In this document: in pieces, positions 54,822 to 64,000 of the stretch
Numbering within the stretch: the stretch's first letter is position 1
How the letters are laid out: the number at the start of each line of letters is the position of its first letter
Assembly (NCBI GenBank): GCA_964016885.1
Contig: OZ024743.1
Span: forward strand, 111,972,001 to 112,036,000
DNA: 64,000 nt
Source: Eledone cirrhosa
Taxonomy: Eukaryota
Direction of reading: 5' to 3'
Program-made: the position numbers and the translations under genes
Notes under the pieces: generated by a model
What the model saw: the letters and a program-made list of their open reading frames with translations, nothing else
Databases searched by the model: none
Told to the model about the DNA's origin: nothing

Positions 54822-55739
54822 TCATATATATATATATTATAATATATAATACACATATATATATACACACATCCTCGAATACATACCTACATATATATAT
54901 ATATATATATAGTATCGTTTATCTAAGCATTTGTATTTATGTGCATGCCAAGTTGATCTTACTCTTCTACAATAACCACTAACTTGGTATTCTATCAACA
55001 AATATGGCACCAACCTTTATCTTTCCCTCAACGGCCCCTCTCAAACGACCTCCTCAAATCTGTAGAGTCATAAGAAACACGCCCTAATTTGGTCAAGTTA
55101 ATCTTGTCTAGTTTAAAAACAAAAATGACCAAGCACTAAGCATATCAATGTAAACTCCTCCCTCCTAATGCTAGATGTCACTGTTTGTGAGGATATCTCA
55201 TGGCGGATGCACATCCTAAAAATAGCTGGAGTTTTCCTGATTATTGTTGTATTTTCATTCTCTGAATCTTTGGTTTATGTGGTCATACATCCTGCATTAT
55301 CAATAGATAGGTGCCTCATAATGATGCCATAGTCCTCATTATATGACCATCAGAGGTCTTGTAGGTCGAAACATGTATGTTTTTTTCTGTCTTAGTGGGA
55401 AATATATGATCTTGTGATTTCACGACCATTTTGAGTTTTTATATCCACTTTGCTATATCCAATGGAATATTCATAAAATATATTCATAAAATATATCAGC
55501 CCTTTTAATGGTATGAAACATACAACGTCTCCTTTAATGGTAAAAAAAAAAACATTAGGTAAACGCTTTCCCTCTTCAGCCCAAGAGACGAGGCGGTCAA
55601 CATGTTCAACGCAAGCCATATTTATAAACGTCTTAAAGCGGTAACAGCTGTTCAGCCAACAACTACAAATCAGCAATGCTCGACCACCGAACTAATATGA
55701 GTAGAATGGTTTCTACATTTTGTGAGCATTATTAGCCAT

Positions 55740-55985
55740 GAAGGGCGGTGGATTGGCAGTATCGGTAGAGAGTCGGACGTCATGCTTTGCAGCATAGAGT
55801 TACGGCGCTTTATGATATGAATTCAAATCCCGCCGAGGTTAAATTTGCCTTTTATCCTTACAGGGTCGATAAAATAAAGTACCAGTAATGTACTGGGTAA
55901 TGGCTGTGTAATGCACTGGGGTCGATTTAATCGATTTTCCCCTTCCCCAAATTACTGGCATTGTGCCTATACTATAAATAATTAT
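55740..55985 (+). mobile_element. Near full-length tRNA-derived SINE
   Basis: Head ggcggtggattggcagtatcggtagag, then ttcaaatcccgccgagg, the conserved central domain and the AT tail. Further relics at ~210-330, 535-640, 4010-4215, 5760-5960, 7165-7260, 26190-26310, 57590-57710 and 61545-61640. Confidence 0.82.
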
Positions 55986-58900
55986 TAGTCATGATCGGAA
56001 AGTTTATCCAGTACAAACAAAGTCATCTAAATGCAACCAATCTAAGAAAATTTAAACGTAATCATAATTTTCACCCTGAAACTCACCCAATACATACTGC
56101 TCAGACTGTTCCCTCAGACCAGCTTCCATCATATATTTCACTATTTCCCTACATTTTTCTAATTGTTGAAAACAGATCCGCTTGAGACGAGCTGTTAATA
56201 TGTGTATTGATTTACCTCTATTATCTTCTAAATATTCATGTCGTCCAGCAATAGTTATTTCATCATAATTTTCTAGTTGGTGAAAACATCTATTTCCTTC
56301 TATGTCGGCTTATTCGTGATAAATATAATCTTTCAGTCTCGGATTCTGGGTAATGTTTTCTAAATTCAATCTTTAATTTTCCTGTTTTCCTGTCTAGACT
56401 TGCTAATCCTGTTGAGAACATTAAAACTATAACTTATTACCTTATTTCTGACATTTATCTTAGTTTAAAGTAAACTAAATTAATGCGTATATAACTGAAT
56501 ATATGAATATAGCTATCAACTAAACTAATGGCTCTATAATATTCTTTCGTAAACCTTTCTTTCATTTATGTGTGTTGTACTATGTCTAACTCGTTAATAT
56601 ATGCGTATTTGTAAGTAGGTATCCAAATACGTGAATGATCTCTTGATTTTGGGGAGGTCACCGTCAAAATCCCGTTTAAGGTAGGATGTCTGTCAGGCTG
56701 ATTCAGTGGGTGTCGCTGTCAGTCCTCCGAGCAAAAGTTTTCGCCATCTTTTCCACGCGACTCAGTTGAGATATACCACCTAGACATGAGTATTGTGCCT
56801 ACGCTCCATTCTTATTCCTCTTTTGTTCATTATTTATTATTTTTAGTGCAAACTTTATAAAATATGATTAAAGTCATAAAATAAAGATTATAATTTATAC
56901 TTCGCATTCGTAAGTATATCTTTTCTTCAAGCATATCTTATCGTTTATGTAAATCTCATGAATGTTTCTTTATCTAACACTCTTTTCTTTATCTAAAATT
57001 ATAACTTGGCACATTTTTCAAACATTATTTTATGCTAGATGCCCTACTGAATACACGCGCTGATTGTTACAGTGTTTCCTGTTGTTTGTCATCTGGAACA
57101 TGCATCTAATACGTATCCATTATACAGGAGATTTATTGTTATTCTATAGAACGTATATCCAGATTCAGTCTCGTTTACCATTTTGGTTAAATGTGTTAGC
57201 ACAACACAGAATCAAAATAGTAGTAAAGTTAGGGACTTCTCCAAGATTACTACTTTTCTTATAGGAATATATCTTCCTTTTATAATTCTCTTTTTTATAT
57301 GCATAATTTGAAATATAGATTTCCATTCTTTCGTGACAATTCTGATGGTCTTGTTAATTATTAACGCTACTTTTCCCTGGTCAAATGTTTTCTGAGTTAC
57401 CGAGGGAGGGAAGACTGAGAAACCCATCTAACAGTTACTCCGAGTATTACATCAATATGATCGTTCACGATATCTCTTCTGTTCAGTTGTTCAACTACTA
57501 GTATAATTTGGGAAGCCATAATTGTTATAGAGATGCTGAATTTGCAGGGTCTTTATAACATGCATAGAATGTTCGGCAATATTAGTTCCATTGTGCCAAA
57601 AGTAGAAACAATATTAGTTCCATCACTCTGTACGATGTGTCCAGAACTTGTCGAGGTTAACATTGGCTTTAATTATTTCGAGGTTGATAAAAATGTACCA
57701 GTATACCATGGATCGATTCTTTCTCTATATATCTTTTTCACATCCACTTTATCATTATCTGTCCTTCTCTGGAAGAAATCGATTGTGTTTCGATTTAGAG
57801 ACGGGATGAGCTCCGCCAGGTTTAACATGCACATAACACGACGTATTTCACTAAGTCGCCTCTACGACTAGATCAAGTGTTATTGGAGATTACATAATTT
57901 TTTTTTTATAGGATTGTATGATATGCCCGTGTAAGTTATGCATCTATTATTCTGGGACACCATGCAGCTTCAATAATATTGTTTAATTCTGCTCCAATTG
58001 AGCAGACCTAACGTTGAAGACTTCCCGGGGAGTTTCAGTGTATCTCATTTATCTCCACTTTTTGAAACAGCTAGATATGGTTCGAATGAGATTTGGCTGC
58101 TGTACCTAGCAAGACATGTGACTGCGTAAAGAGGTAACTATTGTCTCACCGCCAGTCCCCTTAATTGATTCTTTATACAGATATATTTGATAGATATACT
58201 GACAAAAGTTTCAAATTATATCGTCTCTGAATGCTTTCCAATGTTTCACGTGCTGTATAATATGACGTATGTTTTTGGAGTGTTATTATTTCCCGCTAAC
58301 CTCTCTTTTGCCATTTCTCAAATACGACAGTGTCATTTTGCTCCCTTGTGGTCTCAACCATCTCACGTGTCCACCTTTACCAATTTTTCGTTTCTGTAAC
58401 AATGATGCTTTGATATTCTTTCCTACTCATAATTATTCGTGCAGCCATCAACCTGCATCAGTTTAAGAACATCAACAGCGTCGATATCACTGAATATGGA
58501 TTGCAAGCAAAGCCCATTGATTCATCCTATACGTAGAAACTGAACTAATAACCTAATTTGTGAAATTAGCTTTCTGTCTCTCAAGATATCATTTGTATAT
58601 GTGGCATGAAATAGTCTTATTCTGTAGGTAGAAAGCAGCATGGAAATAAATGTATACATCTTCCCAACACTCATTTCACTTTTGTAATATATTGGGGCTT
58701 TCTTAGTGAAAATCCATAATATATTTAAATTAACCTTATTGATATTTCAAGTCGTCTTTTTATCTAAGTCCAAATTTGCTATACAAGTTCAGCAGCATTG
58801 GCAACAGAGCGCAGGATATAGAAACATGTCGTGAAGGTATGCTGCTGGAATTATTTGCTTTACACATATATTACATAATTTACTTTCAATAATTTTCAAA

Positions 58901-59442
58901 AACATAAAAGGAAAACAAAAATACCCCTCAAAGCCGAGATTTGCAGAAATGCGCTCAGAGGTTCAGGGATAGCACAGAAAATAACATATAAATACTGATG
59001 TAATAAATAGATATTTTCCATAATATCAAGATCAAAGAAAAATGTTTACCAATACTACTGCTTAGCTCATCCCAAAGTCTGTATATGATTGCAATATACT
59101 TAGATAATAAGCCATTGATATCATACAAAAGACATATTTTTTGTTGGACTGAGAGTATTAATGTACATGCACTAGCATAACATCCATTTTTAAATTTCAC
59201 ATTTTTGTTGCGGTGTAAACAAACAGCAATTTCATAGTATTTAGACATCATTATTTTCAAAATGTTTACAATGATGCACAAAACATAAGAGATAATTGAA
59301 TAAGTATATATATATATAAATAGCTAAATGGAAAAATAAGGGAAGTACAACGAAATATCACCAAATGGAGACGTCAGAAAAACACAAAAAATCAATGAAG
59401 TGGAGATATATCTGTACAGAGCTACATATGTAAGTTCTCACT

Positions 59443-59544
<102 letters not shown>

Positions 59545-59570
59545 TCTCTGTATATATATATATATGTATG

Positions 59571-59640
<70 letters not shown>

Positions 59641-59645
59641 TGTAT

Positions 59646-59775
59646 AGTCGAAACGGCTTGAGCTCAGCTGTCGGGGTCTTACTGGTTCCTATTACCCACT
59701 CTACTACCTCAAGTATTGAGTACTTTGGTGCGTTATGGTCCACCTGGTTCCTTACCACATTTCCTTCGTTATATA
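59646..59775 (+). mobile_element. Solo PLE pLTR 3' end between (TA)n tracts
   Basis: Nearly identical to 44716-44840; begins at gtcGAAA of the HHR. Confidence 0.9.
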
Positions 59776-60254
59776 TATATAGATAGATATAAATGTATAT
59801 ACATATATGGTGGCTGCCAACTCGTTTTCGAGTACGGCCACTACTTTATATCCATGTAGGAGAACCCCTACCGATGCGCTGAACGAGTGTGACTTTTTAG
59901 TCCAGCCAGCGACTTGAAAACTCTGGTACAAACACTACACTTGTGACAATTACTGACACATAGTGCTGGGCCCATGGTACCATGTGACGACAAGTGCAGA
60001 GAGATCTCCAGATATAAAGCAATGCCTGTGCCGTGAAGCTTTTATAGTGAGCAAAGGCACTGCACAAAGCCAGTCCCACTCTCTTAACCAAGATGATATT
60101 TACCAAAAAGAAGAACAAGTCAACATCATTGGATACCATCAGGGTTGCAGGTGTTATATCAGAGTTTTCCTTCTCCTAGAATTCTGCCTTGACAAAGGCT
60201 AAGGGGTCATCTCTCCCGGTGATTTTGGATGGCCATTGACTCTTAAGAGCTCCT

Positions 60255-60420
60255 TTGCCCTTTGACAGGTTTTGTTTTTAGTCCTGCAGGATGTCCAAAG
60301 TCACCCTCCTCACCAAGAAACCTTGGTGGGGTTGCCAGTTTAGTCGCCAACGACCCGACCATGGGACAGGTTGTACTGGGATACATGTTACCAGTAGCAC
60401 CAACTGGTGACCTGACATAC
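60255..60420. repeat. Interspersed repeat end shared with 32770-32895
   Basis: tgac.ggttttgttttt..ggggttgcca..tttagtc.cc.acgacccga..gacaggttgtact..ggtgacctgac is present in both, each followed by (TA)n. Confidence 0.7.
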
Positions 60421-60450
60421 CTGATATACATATATATGAATATATATACA

Positions 60451-60529
<79 letters not shown>

Positions 60530-60552
60530 ATACATATGTGTGTGAGTGCATA

Positions 60553-61469
60553 TCTATATATATAAAACTAAGGTTGTCTGTCTATCTACTAAAACGGCCG
60601 GCACACATCTCCTCCTAAACCGTACGTTCAAATGTCGGTGAAATTACTACACCTATAGATGAAGGTCCGGCGGAGACATCGGTCAAAAAATTTTCAAATA
60701 GACCCACGCCAAATGCAAAAATGAAATTTGTAATATATTGATTTTTCATTTCAAATGTATAAATAGAGATGAGAGAAGAGTTATTTCCCTTTTATGACGT
60801 CATTCTGTTTATCTATTTACGTTACGAATATACGACGCGTGCAAAAGTACAAAAATACGCGAACACTTTCGGACCTGCAAAAAAAAAACCTGCAAAATTC
60901 ATGAGTTCGAAGTTTCAACATTAAGCTTCCATTTTGCTTCCTTTCAATTAAAAAGTCTTTTAAAACAATATCTTTACTTGAAAACAAGCCTATTTGAATA
61001 CACCGTAAAACAAGCAAATATTTGTTAAAAAAAGCATAAAGCCTTATGAGATTTTCATTTAGAAGCAATGATTTTAAACGACAGGCAGATAACCCATTTT
61101 TTTTTTGTTTTTTTAATGTTTTTCATGCAATGTCCATCCACTTTCTTTGTTTCAAAATAACTGATAGTTTGGTTACGCTGATGTTTTACTCTGAGACAAG
61201 TGTTCCAGTGTTTACATTTTCGATTTTTTTTAATAGATTACCAATGCAGATTTTATCCCCAGCATCATCTTTTGTTTTAACATTCGGGTTATGGTTATGT
61301 TTTCTTAACTTCATAAGGCATACTGTTGGTTGAGGGAATATTAATCAAAAGTACCACATGAAAGTCTACACTGTAGACTCTACAGTTTTTAAGCCAAGAA
61401 AGGAACTTAACATTGTAACTTTAACACAGCTACTGAGCAGCCCCGAGCAACGCCGGGCTTTACTGCTAG
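60553..61469 (+). mobile_element. Non-autonomous Helitron
   Basis: 5' a|TCtatatatataaaa; 3' hairpin cccgagcaacgccggg followed by tactgCTAG|t. Confidence 0.82.
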
Positions 61470-63248
61470 TATAGTAATAATCGCACAAATAATGATGGAA
61501 ACGATTAAAATAATAATAACGAATTCCAATTAAGAACAATTTGACTGCTACTTTATTTTATCGACCTCGGAAGGATGAAATGCAAAGTTGACTTCAATGG
61601 GACCCGAACTCCAAATATAAAGAGCCTGAACAAATACACCATACTAAAAATAATAACAATATAAAATCAGAAGATATTTTAATCAAACGTGTTGACACAG
61701 TTTCCAATTTTACATTTCAATACCCCATTGGCGTTCAAAGGTATCAGTTAAAGATATTCAAATGAATATATGGCATGATACTAGCTAGTAATAGACAATG
61801 TTTTAATACAAAAATAGTTCTTCTCCGTGTTATCTATGCAGGTAACTTATCCTCATTCCTTATTATTTCATTACGTTCCACGACATTATCTCAAAACATA
61901 AGTCATTACGTATTCATTGCTTGGAACATCTAGGTTATTTCCAGAGGAAAAACATCTTTATCGTAGGGAAGGAAGAACTACAAACGCCTAGCTCCTAATA
62001 GAGGAGAGATAATGAAGACAATTGCCGGGGTAGATTACAGCATAGTCTATAATTCTGTTCCCTCCTTATGGATAATAGAAAGTATAAATCTATTTCGAGT
62101 AGCAAACAATGTCTCTGAATTCTTTTAATGCGCCATGATAAGCTAGGCGTCTGAACTTATGTTATCGAGAAAGCCGAGTATTGAAATAAAGTGATGAGTA
62201 TTACAAATGGGTATATTTTACCAGTGATGATCGTAATATCCATGATATATTTAACGTCGATTTTGCAAAGAACGGATTGTGTGTATGAGGAAAACAACAA
62301 TTTAAAATGTGCTAGCAACTTTTCCTGGATGCCCTGATCATGTAAGAAAAGAACGAAGATGAAATAGACGCACGAGTAAACACTATTCAAATTTTCTGAA
62401 ACTGATGGAATAGTGTTCAAAGATGACAAACGCAGAAGACCGTCGATAAAATTATAGTACAGTGAAAATTGACAAGAGGTAGAAGTTTCAAATGAAGGAT
62501 AATTTAAAAACGGATATATTTCAATGAGTGACTGTTAATAGATTTGGGGTGTTGATATGATAGTAATTTGGTTTATATCTTGTTAGGCTTCAATTGAGAA
62601 GACGTACCATCGAAATATTCCCGGTGCGTCGTTCCGTCTTTTCATTCACTGAAATTTATCTCATATCTTTCCAGCTAGTTGTGATTCGAATACATACTCC
62701 TGCTACAAATGTTTACTGGAGCAAAAGATTATTTTATGCTATATCTATATGTTAATACATGTACATATACAAAGTTAGTATTACATGTATTTCGCTAAAT
62801 GAATTACTAAATACAAAATCAAATCTCATTTTCACAAGTAAATATCCCTTTCCTTCCTTCCTTTCTTTCTTCTTTCTTTCTTTCTTTCTTTCTTTCTTTC
62901 CTTTCGAACACCTGTCGTCGCCATATGAATGTTGATACTAATAAACGTATTTATTTCTCCGTTTTATTCTAACATTCTTATGATGATCCGAAGTTAATTA
63001 GAATATAGTAGAGCATCTGACATCTGCATCTACAAAAGGGAATTAAATTGAATATTACAACTGAACTTGGAAATGTGTTAATGAACGTCGTACAAGGACA
63101 ACACACTATACAAAATAGTATGTTTAAACGATTTTCTATGAAATTTAGTCATATAATAATGCTTTTTTTAAAATTGTAAATGACAACCTATGACATTACA
63201 TATGCACACACACACAACTAAATATAAATGTAGTCGAAACACATATAC

Positions 63249-63283
<35 letters not shown>

Positions 63284-63297
63284 CATGAATGTATATA

Positions 63298-64000
63298 TAC
63301 GAGGTGTGTCAGAAAAGTTCCAGGACTGATGTCACAAAAGATTTATTTCAAACCCAAACTTCACACTAAGAGTTTCTCCTTCGAATTAATCCCCCTGGAG
63401 TCTAATGCACTTCTCCATCCTTTTCTGCTACGCTTGCATGCACTCCTGGAAGGATTCTTCTGGGATCCCCCCAGTTCCGTCGTCACGGCCTTTTTGATGT
63501 CGTCCACGTCTTCAAAACGGGTCCCCTCCGGGTTGTACTCGAAGATCCTTGACTCATCACCGGTGATGACTGTCACTAACAAGTCTGGTTCAGTTTCAAG
63601 ACGCTCGAGGATGTCCTGGCACAATTGCATGCGTCGACCCTTCTGGTCATCGTTCAGCAGTTTTGGCACCATCTTCGCGTAGACTTTCCGCATGTCCAAA
63701 TCTTCAGTGAGAATCTTCTAGACGCTGCCTCGATTCATGCCCAGCTCATTTGACATCATTCTAACAGTCAGCCGACTCTCCTGGTTTTTGAGGGTGCTAC
63801 GCCCCTGGGGTCATCTTCCACGTCTTCGCGTCCTTCTTTAAACCTCTTTCACCACTCAAAAACACGTGAGGGTGACATCGTCTCATCTCCATACACTTGC
63901 TGCAGCAATCCCAGTGCTTCTGACGGAGTTTTCCCCAACCGTACCAGCAACATCAAGTTTGTTCGTTGCTCTGTGCTCATTGCTTGATGACCTGAAACAG
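63298..64000 (-). mobile_element. Mariner (Tc1/mariner) transposon, internally deleted and frameshifted; runs off the window
   Basis: ATG at 63980: MSTEQRTN..LGKTPSEA..VYGDETMS..VFEWWKRFKEGREDVEDDP; KVYAKMVPKLL; ITGDESRIFEYNPE joined directly to GTRFEDVDDIK. TIR-like end TA|CGAGGTGTGTCAGAAAAGTTCC. Confidence 0.92.

Overview
AT-rich, microsatellite-saturated animal genomic DNA with one 200-N gap. The SINE family and (TA)n/(GA)n/(CA)n load suggest an octopus or other cephalopod (inference). I found no convincing host gene; most ORFs in the track are microsatellite artefacts. The window holds decayed Penelope-like retroelements (PLEs; RT + GIY-YIG) of two kinds, two non-autonomous Helitrons, an internally deleted mariner, a LINE relic, a possible LTR relic and many tRNA-derived SINEs. 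The main signal was found by hand-folding the sequence: about 20 type I hammerhead ribozyme (HHR) motifs from several unrelated sequence families. Most sit near the outer ends of long fold-back palindromes (0.1-2 kb, plus a ~7 kb inverted PLE) in or next to (TA)n tracts. There is also a young 564-bp tandem retrozyme-like array. Several HHRs are non-canonical (U3-A8 core; 45-65 nt structured inserts in helix II). All structures are manual predictions and no activity has been tested.
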